Notes under the pieces: model-generated
The model's input: the letters and a program-made list of their open reading frames with translations, nothing else
Databases searched by the model: none
What the model was told of the DNA's origin: nothing
Position numbers and translations under genes: made by a program
Shown: piece after piece, positions 8,669 to 18,688 of the stretch
How positions within the stretch are numbered: position 1 is the first letter of the stretch
Layout of the letters: every line of letters starts with the position of its first letter
NCBI GenBank assembly: GCA_963786955.1
Contig: CAWBAT010000004.1
Span: 288,001-352,000 of the forward strand
Reading direction: 5' to 3'
DNA length: 64,000 bases
DNA from: an uncultured Acidimicrobiia bacterium
GTDB lineage: Bacteria > Acidobacteriota > Terriglobia > Versatilivoradales > Versatilivoraceae

Positions 8669-9109
8669 ATGAGAGGCGAGAAGATTTACGAGTATGACCT
8701 TGATGTCACGGGAATGACCGACTACGGAGTAAGCCTGGGAGCGATCCTTTCGGGCAAAGAAAAGATACCGCCGCAGGGGGTTCGCATCGACGTCGCGTTT
8801 GAGGGCCGCGCCATTGGCCGGCTGGCGGGGCGAGTGCAGGGCATCGACTATCTCCGGATACGCGCCGACGGCCGTATCGACCTTGATATTCGCGCAGTCG
8901 TTGAAACTGAGAACGGTTGCCGGATTGCGCTGTCCGCCGACGGCGTGGCTGTGCCGCGCGTTGCAGAACCAATTGCCGATCTTCTTGAGAACGTGAGCCT
9001 CAGCACGGCAGCCGAGGAATACATTTGGGTCAACACGCGACAGGTGTGGGGGGTTGGGACCGTGAATTTCGCTATTGGCAAGATTCACATCGACGCATAC
9101 ATGCAGTGA
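8669..9109 (+). CDS. Cassette: DUF3237-like beta-barrel protein
   Basis: GIDYLRIRADGRIDLDIRA..YIWVN motif. Confidence 0.7.
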   Translation: MRGEKIYEYDLDVTGMTDYGVSLGAILSGKEKIPPQGVRIDVAFEGRAIGRLAGRVQGIDYLRIRADGRIDLDIRAVVETENGCRIALSADGVAVPRVAEPIADLLENVSLSTAAEEYIWVNTRQVWGVGTVNFAIGKIHIDAYMQ

Positions 9110-9150
9110 ATGTCCCGACTTCGTCCTGCGGCGCACGGGAACAGAATGAG

Positions 9151-9223
9151 GTTTAACAACGGCCTAACGGCCTGCAGCGGACAGGGCCGGAAAGCCGCCG
9201 GCCTCTTATCTGGTTCGTTATTG
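9151..9223 (+). other. attC site 10 (contains an 8-bp tandem duplication AACGGCCT)
   Basis: GGTTTAAC approximately complements cassette start GTTAGACC; CTGCAGCGGAC..GGCCGGAAAGCCGCCGGCC..GTTATTG. Confidence 0.7.
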
Positions 9224-9255
9224 GGCTGGCAGGTCAAGGGGAAATGGAGGTGGTG

Positions 9256-9940
9256 ATGAAGGTCATGGAGATCTGGCGATATCCGGTCAAGACGATGGCC
9301 GGTGAGAAGCTGCAACGGGCACGCCTGGGGCCACTCGGCATCGACGGCGATCGAGTCGTGCATGTCGAGGACGTTCAGGGTCGGGTGATCACCTCGCGCT
9401 CCCATCCGCGTTTCCTGGGTCATAAAGGTACGTTGGGTGCAGATGGTGACACCCTGGGTGGACGGCCGGCCGTGGAACAGTCCGGAGGTCGCAGCCGAGA
9501 CTGTAGACATTGCCGGGCCAGGCGCGAAGTTGGTGCGTTACGACGGCGCCGAGCGCTTTGACGTGCTGCCATTGCTGGTGGCTACCGATGGCGCCATCGC
9601 CGCCTTCGGTCACGACCATCGCCGCTTACGACCCAACATCGTGATCGGAGGTGTCGAGGGGTTGGCCGAGCGCGATTGGCCGGGCGGATGCCTGCGCATC
9701 GGCAAGGTGCTTATCGGTGTGCAGGATTTGCGCCTACGCTGCATCATGACTTCATACGATCCCGACACGCTGGTCCAAGAAAAGGAAATTACCCGCGGCA
9801 TCTACCGGCGCTTCGATGGCAAGCTTGCCCTCAACTGCTTCGTGATCGAAGGAGGCGAGATCGGCGTGGGCGACGAGGTGCAACAGATGCGCGGCCGTGC
9901 CTGCGCGGAGTCTGCCGCGGCAGCAGAATTCGCCGACTAG
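9256..9940 (+). pseudogene. MOSC-domain cassette protein, frameshift near 9450
   Basis: IWRYPVKTMAGE..GIDGDR; RRLRPNIVI..LRCIMT..GEIGVGD. Confidence 0.85.
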
Positions 9941-9962
9941 GCTCGCCTTGGCCGCTCAGTCC

Positions 9963-10087
9963 GCCTAACAACCGCGTGAACGCGACGGTCTGTCCGGGCG
10001 ACCCCTTGGCTTCGACCGTTCGCGGTCAGTCAAGTCTATGGCTTGCCGACTCGCTCAGGCTTCTGCTTAGCTCGCCCGCCGTTAGGC
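9963..10087 (+). other. attC site 11 (probably hybrid)
   Basis: GCCTAAC..GTGAACGCGACGG...GCTTAGCTCGCCCGCC-GTTAGGC. Confidence 0.7.
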
Positions 10088-10106
10088 GCTTAGGTGTAAG
10101 GTATTT

Positions 10107-10673
10107 GTGGAATTGAAGAAGATCACTGGCTTACTTCTGCCTTTCGTACTTTCCTGCAGCGGTTGTCAATTTTCCGACAAAGGGTATCGGTTCCATGCAG
10201 CCTATCAGGCGAAAAAAACTGGTTGTCGCATCCAATTGCTCTCTCAAGGTTATGTGAAATCAGGACACGATCTAGCGGATTCGGCACTTTCACTCGTACA
10301 GTTTTGTCCTTTGCCTGGATCTCCTGGAAAGCCTTTCCGCGTTGCAATGTTAGAGGACCCTACGCCTTATGAATGGATTAAAGTAGAATGCGCGGATCTC
10401 GGCATGCCTTTAACAGAATGGAAAAATTCACCCGAGTTACTTTCAGGGTTACTTTCAAAGGCCGGATATGAAGGGATCGTTCTTGAAGAAGTGAAAGGAT
10501 TAGCTCGAGTGATGACGAACTCTTTGGCGGGTTCAAAACGGGTAGTGCTTGAAGGTCAAATTGATTCCATCGACGTTCTTCAGACTAAGATTGAATACGC
10601 TTACGAAGGACATAGAAATGAACTCCAGAGAGAATGGATCGATGATTCAGAGCTATCTCGGTGTGAAAGGTGA
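10107..10673 (+). CDS. Last cassette: hypothetical lipoprotein
   Basis: Leader KKITGLLLPFVLSCSGC; bounded by GTTAGGC (10081) and GCCTAAC (10683). Confidence 0.7.
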   Translation: MELKKITGLLLPFVLSCSGCQFSDKGYRFHAAYQAKKTGCRIQLLSQGYVKSGHDLADSALSLVQFCPLPGSPGKPFRVAMLEDPTPYEWIKVECADLGMPLTEWKNSPELLSGLLSKAGYEGIVLEEVKGLARVMTNSLAGSKRVVLEGQIDSIDVLQTKIEYAYEGHRNELQREWIDDSELSRCER

Positions 10674-10682
10674 AATGATCTT

Positions 10683-10725
10683 GCCTAACCCTTACTGCAC
10701 GCGACTTGCGTTGATAATATTAGAC
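10683..10725 (+). other. Degenerate terminal attC site 12
   Basis: GCCTAAC..CTGCACGCGAC..GCGTTGA..ATTAGAC; internally deleted. Confidence 0.55.
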
Positions 10726-10761
10726 CGCTTTTCCACTCCAGATTCTATAAGCTGCATTCGT

Positions 10762-11727
10762 TCAATCTACTGGATCTTGACTGCGAGCTCTTTCGAGCTC
10801 GCTGGAAGGTTTGTCTGAGGCCGGTTTCCAGATCAGAGAAGCGATGACGGAAACTGCCAGAATCCCAGCGACCACGGCGAGTGCAATCCCCACCGGAATC
10901 TTGAATAGATCTGAGAAAACCATCTTGAGTCCCACAAAAACAAGAATGGCCGACAGTCCATATTGCAGATAACCGAAAAGCTGAATAATTCCCGAAAGCG
11001 CAAAGAAGATGGAACGCAACCCGAGAATGGCAAAGATATTGGACGTATAAACAATGAAAGGGTCATGGCTGATGGCTAGCACAGCAGGAATGGAATCCAA
11101 CGCGAATGCCAAATCAGTAGTCTCTAAGAGGATGAGTACGACAAATAGAGGAGTCGCCATGGTCTTGCCATCCAACTTGGCGAAAAATTGCCCCCCCACG
11201 TAATTCTTCGTGATGGGCATCCAACGGTGGCACAGCCTTAACACTGGATTCCTTTCAGGGTGTATTTCCTTCTCTTTTTGCAGAGCCATCTTGATCCCGG
11301 TGATGATCAGGATTCCTCCAAAAATGAAAATGACCCAATGGAACCGATGGAGCAACGAGATGCCCAAGACAATAAAGAAGGCGCGCATGACGATGGCTCC
11401 CAGAATTCCCCAAAACAACACGCGATGCTGATAGCGTCGATCTACCCGGAAATAGCCAAAGATCATGATAAAAACAAAGAGGTTGTCGATACTGAGCGCC
11501 TCTTCAATCAGGTAGCCTGTCAAGAACTCCATCGCTTTAACGGGGCCTCGCCAATGGTAGATCCCCAGATTAAAAACGACCGCCAGGCCGATCCAAACGG
11601 CACACCAGACTAAAGACTCTTTCAGAGTAACGACATGGGCGCTGCGATGAAACACCCCCAGGTCGACAATTAGCATTACGATGACAAAGAGGGTGAACCC
11701 TAACCACATGGCAATCTCAATATTCAT
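10762..11727 (-). CDS. TerC/Alx-family membrane protein
   Basis: GYLIEEALSIDNLFVF, DLAFALDSIPA, VYTSNIFAILGLRS. Confidence 0.93.
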   Translation of the reverse strand: MNIEIAMWLGFTLFVIVMLIVDLGVFHRSAHVVTLKESLVWCAVWIGLAVVFNLGIYHWRGPVKAMEFLTGYLIEEALSIDNLFVFIMIFGYFRVDRRYQHRVLFWGILGAIVMRAFFIVLGISLLHRFHWVIFIFGGILIITGIKMALQKEKEIHPERNPVLRLCHRWMPITKNYVGGQFFAKLDGKTMATPLFVVLILLETTDLAFALDSIPAVLAISHDPFIVYTSNIFAILGLRSIFFALSGIIQLFGYLQYGLSAILVFVGLKMVFSDLFKIPVGIALAVVAGILAVSVIASLIWKPASDKPSSELERARSQDPVD

Positions 11728-11925
11728 GGATTAGCCTTAGCTTGCGTCTCCGATACGGTGTTGCTGACTCGCTTGTCCAAGTTCACAGCCGTATTATGAC
11801 AAATGGAGGTTGCATTGCCGAAGCTCTTTTAATTGATCTTTTAATTGATTGATTTCCCTTGTGCATGTCTGAAAAAATGGCGGGACTTGTGGGGCGGAAT
11901 CACCCGGCGCCCGGAGGAGCCAAGC

Positions 11926-12846
11926 GTGCAGCAAAATAAAGCCACAACAGCCATTCGGGCGGCACTCCTGGGAATTCTGGTCAACGGGACACTCGCCATC
12001 GTTAAGCTGGTCGCCGGGATATTGGGGAATTGCTATGCCTTGATTGCCGACGCTGTCGAATCGATGACGGATATCTTCAGCTCTTTTGTCGTCTGGCGGG
12101 GGCTTTCGCTTTCAGTGCAGCCCCCGGATACGGATCATCCCTACGGCCATGGAAAAGCCGAACCGCTGGCCGCTTCGTTTGTCTCACTGACCCTTTTGGC
12201 GGCCGCCATCGGAATTGCCATTCAAGCAGTTCGCGAAATTCTAATCCCCCATCATGCGCCAAAGGCTTTTACCATTTGGGTTTTGCTCATCGTTGTGATT
12301 ATCAAGGAAAGCTGGTTTCGATTTGTATTTAAGGTAGGGAACGAAGTCACGAGCACGGCGATCCGCACGGATGCTTATCATCATCGAAGCGACGCCATTA
12401 CTTCGGCGGCCGCAGCCATCGGCATCACGATTGCCCTCGTCGGCGGAAAAGGATATGAAGTGGCGGACGATTATGCCGCTATTTTTGCCAGCGCGATCAT
12501 TGCCTGGAACGGCATTCGACTCCTCCGGCCTGCCATCGATGAATTGATGGACGCAAGCCCAAGGGAAGCCATTCAAAGTGAAATCATAGAAGTAGCTCTT
12601 AGTTGTGCGGGGGTACTTGCGGTGGAAAAAGTTCTCGCGCGAAAAGCGGGTCTCTCCTACTGGGTGGACATGCATATCGAAGTGGATAAGGACCGGACCG
12701 TGGAATCAGCGCACACGCTTTCACACGTGGTAAAAGACGCCATCCGAAAGAAGATCCCTCAGATCGCCGAAGTGTTGATTCACGTCGAACCCCATCCTCA
12801 CTCGCAACAGCATGAGCATCAGAAGGCGGAAAGCAGAAGGAACTAG
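11926..12846 (+). CDS. Cation diffusion facilitator (FieF-like) transporter
   Basis: [36 protein letters not shown]; GTG start after GGAGG. Confidence 0.92.
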   Translation: MQQNKATTAIRAALLGILVNGTLAIVKLVAGILGNCYALIADAVESMTDIFSSFVVWRGLSLSVQPPDTDHPYGHGKAEPLAASFVSLTLLAAAIGIAIQAVREILIPHHAPKAFTIWVLLIVVIIKESWFRFVFKVGNEVTSTAIRTDAYHHRSDAITSAAAAIGITIALVGGKGYEVADDYAAIFASAIIAWNGIRLLRPAIDELMDASPREAIQSEIIEVALSCAGVLAVEKVLARKAGLSYWVDMHIEVDKDRTVESAHTLSHVVKDAIRKKIPQIAEVLIHVEPHPHSQQHEHQKAESRRN

Positions 12847-13000
12847 GCGGTAGGCAGAAAGCAGAATGCGGTAGGCAGAGGGCAGACAGCACTAGGCAGA
12901 AAGCAATATGCAGACAGAAGTTGGCTGTAAGTAGATTATAGATGGTAGTTGGTCGCTGCCTTCTGCCGTCTGCTTTCTGCTTACTGGCTTCTGCTTACTG
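12820..13000. repeat. Inverted arrays of degenerate heptamer tandem repeats
   Basis: 14 CAGAAGG-like units (12820-12917) facing 6 CCTTCTG-like units (12959-13000). Confidence 0.85.
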
Positions 13001-14353
13001 TTTTTCCAGCAATGCCAGAGCTGCGGCAATCATCGCTTTTACACCCGTTTTAATTGTGGGCTCCGGATCGGGAGCAAAAAGGCTGGAATGCAATGAGGGC
13101 AACGGGGGGCTGCCTGGTTTCTGCGCCTCCAAGTACCGGGATTTATTCACGGCTCCAAGCCAAAAGATACAGATCGGAATCTTGTCGGCCGTCCTGCCAA
13201 AGAATCCAAAGTCTTCCCCTCCCATGACCGGCCCATGATTAGCGACGTTCTCTTTCCCCAACATCGATTCCATCACGATTTGGATTTGCCGGGCAAGCCG
13301 CAAATCGTTGATGGTCGGGGGAATCGACTCACTGACCTTCATGACCGGTAAACGGTCGGGTGGAACTCCGGCAGCGAGGGCAAGATTCTTGCTGATCCGT
13401 TCAATTCCCTCGAGAATCGTGGCTCTCACAGAATCGGAATAATAGCGGACGGTCAATTGAAGCCGCACTTCATCTGGGATGATGTTGTGCTTGGTCCCTC
13501 CATGTATTGACCCGACGGTGAGCACAGCCGGCTCAATGGGAGGGATCTCACGGCTCACAATCGTTTGCAATGCCAGGATGATCTGGGCAGAGAGAACGAT
13601 CGGATCTTTAGTGGCTTGCGGATAGGCGCCATGGCCCGAGACGCCGCGAATCGTCAGATCAACCGAATCGACTCCCGCCAGGGCGTTTCCTTCGACAATA
13701 CCCACCTTCCCGGCTTCTAGACTCGCATCATCATGCATCGCCAAAACATGATCCGGTCGAGGGGATTTCTGAAACAGTCCATCTTCCAGCATGGCTTTGG
13801 CGCCCCCACCTCGCTCCTCGGCGGGTTGACCGATCATGAGAAGAGTCCCTCGCCAATGCTCCCGAAATTGACTCATCAGACGGGCGGTACCTATTAACGA
13901 GGTCATATGGATATCATGTCCGCAGGCATGCATGACCCCCACTTCGCTTCCCTGCTCTGTCCGGATTTTGATTCGGCTCGCATACTCCAATCCCGTTTGC
14001 TCGGTGACCGGCAAACCATCGAGATCGGTACGGATCATAAGCACCGGCCCATCTCCATTCTTGAGAACTCCCACCAACCCATACCCTCCGATTCCGGTCG
14101 TCACCTGAAACCCTGCCGACTCCAGTTCTTTTTCAATTCGCTCTGCGGTTTTTGCCTCCTGGAAAGAAAGCTCCGGATTCGCGTGGAGATGGCGATACAG
14201 CTGGAACAAGCTTTCGTATTCACGGTCTACGCGTGAATTGATTTCCTGTGCCAGGGAAGATTGTGTAATCCCTTGGGGAACGATCAACCCCGCAAAAATA
14301 ATAACAAACAGCAGCCATCCGAAGATTTTTGCTGAACTTTTTGATCTGATCAT
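12995..14353 (-). CDS. M20 family amidohydrolase (secreted)
   Basis: HANPELSFQE, RTDLDGLP, MHACGHD, QPAEE, GGEDF. Confidence 0.92.
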   Translation of the reverse strand: MIRSKSSAKIFGWLLFVIIFAGLIVPQGITQSSLAQEINSRVDREYESLFQLYRHLHANPELSFQEAKTAERIEKELESAGFQVTTGIGGYGLVGVLKNGDGPVLMIRTDLDGLPVTEQTGLEYASRIKIRTEQGSEVGVMHACGHDIHMTSLIGTARLMSQFREHWRGTLLMIGQPAEERGGGAKAMLEDGLFQKSPRPDHVLAMHDDASLEAGKVGIVEGNALAGVDSVDLTIRGVSGHGAYPQATKDPIVLSAQIILALQTIVSREIPPIEPAVLTVGSIHGGTKHNIIPDEVRLQLTVRYYSDSVRATILEGIERISKNLALAAGVPPDRLPVMKVSESIPPTINDLRLARQIQIVMESMLGKENVANHGPVMGGEDFGFFGRTADKIPICIFWLGAVNKSRYLEAQKPGSPPLPSLHSSLFAPDPEPTIKTGVKAMIAAALALLEKQ

Positions 14354-14482
14354 GAAATTAGTTCCGTGAATAGTTTTCTTAATAAAAGGACCGATTCTTC
14401 CGCCCAACTGAATCAATTCTTCGACGCCGTATCCGCACGATTGCGCGGGGGGGGAGGGGAGGCAACTTGGATGTTCCGTTAG

Positions 14483-14543
14483 CCCAGGGCGGCGCGCTCA
14501 GGCGCTTGCCCTGGGCGTACAACCTCTGGCCCCGATTGGGCCA
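14483..14543. repeat. CCCAGGG/CCCTGGG structured repeat (relative of the TnpA-flanking repeats)
   Basis: CCCAGGGC..GCCCTGGG stem followed by hairpin TGGCCC-cgatt-GGGCCA. Confidence 0.6.
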
Positions 14544-14716
14544 AGAACTGGCTCACCATCAGGCTTTCAGGTGCCCCCTGCATCCAGTCGCCTGACTCGT
14601 GGTAACGACCAGCCATTCAACAATTGGCAAATGAAAACACAGGCGTCCCTCCTTGCACAAGGGGGGACTTCAGGGGGGTGAGAAATTGCTGGCAAACAAT
14701 ATTTAATCCGTCTTCT

Positions 14717-16291
14717 TTAGTTTCTTCTTGCCGACTCGGAGACTCGGATCAACGTTGGCAAGACTTCCGCAAACGCATTCGCTTTTGGCTCACCAAAAGC
14801 GAAATAAAGTTTGCTAAACAGTGAGTAAAGGTCATCGTAGACAAGCTGTTCCGATTTTTTCGGCTCATAGACATTGTGAGGCGGACAAATTTTGTCCTGT
14901 GCCTCCTCAATGGTTTTAAACGTCCCGGCAGCTAGAAACGCAAAAATCGCGGAACCAAGACTCACGATTTTCTTGCTGGGCACCAACACCGGGCGCCCTA
15001 GCACATTGGCATACACTTGATTTAAGAGCGGATTGTTCTGCGGAATCCCCCCCGCATTGATGACCCGTTTGATGTGAACGTCATGTCCTGCCATACGATC
15101 CAAAATGACCCGGGTGTGGAACGCCGTCCCTTCGATGGCCGCAAACAACTCGTCTTGGGCGCTGCTCTGCAGATTCCAACCCAGTGTGATCCCTCGAAGG
15201 TTCGGATTGACCAGAACCGTTCGATCCCCATTGTCCCATGTCATCCGTAACAAGCCTGTCTGGCCCGCGCGATAGTTTTCCAAACCTTGACTCAGCGTAT
15301 TCACATCCGAACCCGCGCGTTTGGCAATGGCGTTGAAAATGTCGCCCACAGCGGAGAGCCCGGCTTCGATGCCAGTCCGCTGAGGATGCACACTTCCCTG
15401 CACCACCCCACAAACGCCTGGAACGAGGTTTACCGAGGGCGTGATCCCAATGATGCACGTCGAAGTGCCAATCACATTCACCATATCATCAGTGCGGCAG
15501 CCTGCTCCGATTGCATCCCAGTGCGCATCAAAGGCGCCGACGGGTATCGGAATACCCGCTTTTAAACCCAGCTTTTCCGCCCATTCGGGGGAAAGCGTTC
15601 CCGCAATCTGGTCCGAGGTCGCCACCTCGCCTTCCAGTTTTTCCCGAATCCCCGCCAGCAACGGATCCACTTTGCGTAAGAAGGCATCCGATGGCAGACC
15701 CCCGAGAGCTGAATTCCAGAGCCACTTATGACCCATGGCACAAGCACTGCGCTTCACCTTCTTGGGATCGGTGATGCCACACAGCGTCGCAGCCACTATG
15801 TCGCAGTGTTCAAACGCAGACGCAAACTCGGACCGCTTCGAAGGATGATGGCGGAGCCAGTGCAGCAGTTTCGAAAAGCCCCACTCCGAAGAGTACACCC
15901 CGCCACACCAATGGATGGCTTCTAGTCCTTCGCGGTGAGCCGCTTCAGTGATCTCAGCCGCTTCTCCTTTCGCTCGATGATCACACCACAAATAGTACTC
16001 GCCGAGCGGCTGCAGGTCTTTTCCAACCGGAACCACCGAAGAACCCGTGGTATCCAGAGCAATGGCTTCGATCTGCTGGCCCGAAATACCGGCTTCCTTC
16101 ACGGCTTCGCGAGCCGCCGCAGCGAGAGCACGCATGTGGTCTTCATGTGATTGGGTCGCGTATTCCGGGTCTTCCCGTTTCCTATGGAGCGGGTATTCGG
16201 CAACAGCCGACCCAAGCAAACCGCGCTCATTTTCAACAACGGAAACCCGAACACTCAACGTTCCAAAATCCACTCCAGCCACGATGGCCAT
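14717..16291 (-). CDS. araB: Ribulokinase (FGGY family)
   Basis: GVDFGTLSVR, LWCDHRA, SSEWGFSK, CAMGHK, WDNGDRTVL. Confidence 0.88.
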   Translation of the reverse strand: MAIVAGVDFGTLSVRVSVVENERGLLGSAVAEYPLHRKREDPEYATQSHEDHMRALAAAAREAVKEAGISGQQIEAIALDTTGSSVVPVGKDLQPLGEYYLWCDHRAKGEAAEITEAAHREGLEAIHWCGGVYSSEWGFSKLLHWLRHHPSKRSEFASAFEHCDIVAATLCGITDPKKVKRSACAMGHKWLWNSALGGLPSDAFLRKVDPLLAGIREKLEGEVATSDQIAGTLSPEWAEKLGLKAGIPIPVGAFDAHWDAIGAGCRTDDMVNVIGTSTCIIGITPSVNLVPGVCGVVQGSVHPQRTGIEAGLSAVGDIFNAIAKRAGSDVNTLSQGLENYRAGQTGLLRMTWDNGDRTVLVNPNLRGITLGWNLQSSAQDELFAAIEGTAFHTRVILDRMAGHDVHIKRVINAGGIPQNNPLLNQVYANVLGRPVLVPSKKIVSLGSAIFAFLAAGTFKTIEEAQDKICPPHNVYEPKKSEQLVYDDLYSLFSKLYFAFGEPKANAFAEVLPTLIRVSESARRN

Positions 16292-16303
16292 GCATCATCC
16301 CCC

Positions 16304-17722
16304 TTAATGTCCTTCGTGCCAGTACATGTCCCACCCCAAATACCGGGTAGTCGCTTCTTGGACGGCCGAGGCCACCGTGGACAGGTTCGCGGCCACATGG
16401 TGTTCGAAGCCATTTTCACAAATGTAGCGCAACAGTTTCTGCATCTCTGGAATTTCGACCACGCCGGCACCCCCAAAAGTGTTGAGCGGCGCATCGATGA
16501 AGGCACCTTCGCCAACATAGCCGTGGATCCTGCCCGCCACATCATCGGTTGAGAAGCGTGCGAAACTCATTTTCTCTGGCTTAATCAATCCGACACACGT
16601 GCCAAACGTGTTCTCCTTTCCCACTGTACCCGCGATGATCTCCTGGTAATCCATCTTCACACTGCGAAAGAAGTGCTTGGGCAAATTCGAGCAATGAAAA
16701 CACACCGCTTTATTCGGGTCGGAGCCGTAGTTATTGTTCCAGTCCAACAATGCCGACGGGGTTTCTGAAGCCAGTTGCAGGGCATGCATGGCAAGCACTC
16801 CACAAATATCCACTTCACACGCACTCGACAACAAGCTATTGCTCATCATGCTCATCACAGTACAGGGGACGACCCCAAGGTTCTCTTCAATCGAAGTCCA
16901 GCACTGCACGGCACTGATGACCACTTCAGTTGCCGCCATCCACTGATCGACAACGGCCCCTAACTTGGCCATTTTGAGCAACGCCTGCTGTGGAACATCA
17001 CCGGTAGTAATATAGGCTTGAATTGCCGCGAGCTTTGCCTGGGCTAACTCATCATTGTCATTCATCCTCTCAATACGACCCAACACCTCAGAGAGATCCA
17101 GAGTCTCGATCGAGATCCCGTGTGACTCGAGGATTTTTTCGCTGTAACGCACCGTATTAAACGCCGCCGGGCGGGCGCCAATGGCGCCAACACGCAGATG
17201 ACGAAAGCCCCTGACCACACGACAAACCGCGGTAAACCAATCCAGATCCTTGGCAAACTCAACCGAATCCGGGGCTTCAGTATGCAGAGTCGTAATCGAG
17301 TAGGGAATTCCATACTGCCGGAGGTTGTTACAGGCAGACATCTTGCCGCAAAAACTGTCGCGCCGGGACGCAATGGTCATCTTCTTGGGGTCATCCGGCG
17401 TCGCCTGGATCAGCACAGGAACCGCGAGGCCCGCCAGACGAAGTGTATCGGCTATCGCTCTCTCCTCGCCAAAATTCGGCAAGGTGACCAGCACACCGTC
17501 GATACGGTCCCGATGGCGTTTGAATAGGTCAGCGCAGCGTTTGGACTCCTCGCGGGTCTCTACGGCTCCATACTTACTCTCTTCCGGACTCAATGTCACC
17601 ACATCGATGCCGGCTCCCTCGAGAATCCGGAGCATCTCTTCCCGGCCGCTTTTGGCGAGGTGATCGGGGAAAAAACCACGGTTGCCTACAATCAGCCCCA
17701 GTGTCATTTTTTTCTTAGACAT
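16304..17722 (-). CDS. L-fucose/L-arabinose isomerase family protein
   Basis: NFGEE, RRDSFCGK, SACEVD, FHCSN, FEHHVA; lies between araD and araB. Confidence 0.85.
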   Translation of the reverse strand: MSKKKMTLGLIVGNRGFFPDHLAKSGREEMLRILEGAGIDVVTLSPEESKYGAVETREESKRCADLFKRHRDRIDGVLVTLPNFGEERAIADTLRLAGLAVPVLIQATPDDPKKMTIASRRDSFCGKMSACNNLRQYGIPYSITTLHTEAPDSVEFAKDLDWFTAVCRVVRGFRHLRVGAIGARPAAFNTVRYSEKILESHGISIETLDLSEVLGRIERMNDNDELAQAKLAAIQAYITTGDVPQQALLKMAKLGAVVDQWMAATEVVISAVQCWTSIEENLGVVPCTVMSMMSNSLLSSACEVDICGVLAMHALQLASETPSALLDWNNNYGSDPNKAVCFHCSNLPKHFFRSVKMDYQEIIAGTVGKENTFGTCVGLIKPEKMSFARFSTDDVAGRIHGYVGEGAFIDAPLNTFGGAGVVEIPEMQKLLRYICENGFEHHVAANLSTVASAVQEATTRYLGWDMYWHEGH

Positions 17723-17776
17723 AAGACTCCCTTTCAATCCAATCGCTGAATTACAGCTCGACCGCCCGAGCCTGAA

Positions 17777-18481
17777 TTACTTCTCTTTCTTCGCTTGTCC
17801 GTAATAGGCACGGCTACCATGCTTCCTCAGGTAATGCTTATCATGCAATTCAGAGCCTATGGCTTGCGCTCCACGATTGATACTTAAGGTGAAGTAAGCG
17901 GTTTTTGCAATACCTTCTAAAATCACCGCATGATGCGCCGCCGTTCGAGGATCCGGCCCCCAACTAAATGGACCATGATTCGCGACCAGAACTCCTGGAA
18001 TCGCCGTGTAATCTAAATCCTTAAGAGCCTGAACGATGACTTTCCCCGTATTTTTCTCGTAGTCCGTGACAATCTTTCCCCTCTTCATCACCGCCGTTAC
18101 CGGCACCGGGCCGTGAAAGTAGTCCGCATGAGTCGTCCCAAAACAGGGAATCGACTGGCAGGCTTGTGCCCAGGCAGTGGCATATTCGGAATGGGTATGC
18201 GCGACACCGCCGATTTCAGGAAATTTTTGATAAAGGACTAGATGAGTCGGGAGATCTGAGGAAGGCCTCAACCTGCCTTCGACAATGGTCCCGTCGAGAT
18301 TGGTCACAACCAAATGCTCCGCTTTTAACTCTTCGTAAGGGACTCCACTCGGCTTGATGACCACAAGCCCTTCTTCACGGGCGATACCGCTGGCGTTTCC
18401 GAAGGTATAGAGCACCAAGCCCCTTCGCACCAACTCCAGGTTCGCCTCGAGTACCTCTTCGCGCAGACTCTGCAGCAGCAT
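17777..18481 (-). CDS. araD: L-ribulose-5-phosphate 4-epimerase
   Basis: TFGNAS, IKPSGVPY, PSSDLPTH, HTHS, GTTHADYF, KHYLRKHG..AYYGQ. Confidence 0.93.
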   Translation of the reverse strand: MLLQSLREEVLEANLELVRRGLVLYTFGNASGIAREEGLVVIKPSGVPYEELKAEHLVVTNLDGTIVEGRLRPSSDLPTHLVLYQKFPEIGGVAHTHSEYATAWAQACQSIPCFGTTHADYFHGPVPVTAVMKRGKIVTDYEKNTGKVIVQALKDLDYTAIPGVLVANHGPFSWGPDPRTAAHHAVILEGIAKTAYFTLSINRGAQAIGSELHDKHYLRKHGSRAYYGQAKKEK

Positions 18482-18688
18482 GATTTGGACCTTATCCCTG
18501 ACTCACGCGGTCAGCATTCGCAAGTCGGATGAATCGCTCCTCTTAAATTCGAATCATAGAAGACTGCTCAGGCTTTATCAATGGAGATTCAGAGCACTTT
18601 CTTTCGGCCCTGCTCGCTTTCCTAATACCAATTTTCCCTACTGCTGCTTGTATGCTCTGTCTAAGCTGTTTCGGGTCTATTTAATTCG

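Noticed and set aside
3159-10725. CRISPR-like reading of the spaced palindromes
   Set aside because: The repeats are non-identical, gene-spaced and have attC architecture; there are no cas genes.
11728-11860. Possible yybP-ykoY (Mn2+) riboswitch upstream of terC, and a TTTTAATTGAT direct repeat
   Set aside because: The conserved GGGGAGUAG and GAGACC elements are not convincingly present; two short AT-rich copies are too weak to call an operator.
12599-13238. ORFs with LPSAFCL-type peptide repeats
   Set aside because: These are translations of the heptamer DNA repeats, not credible proteins.
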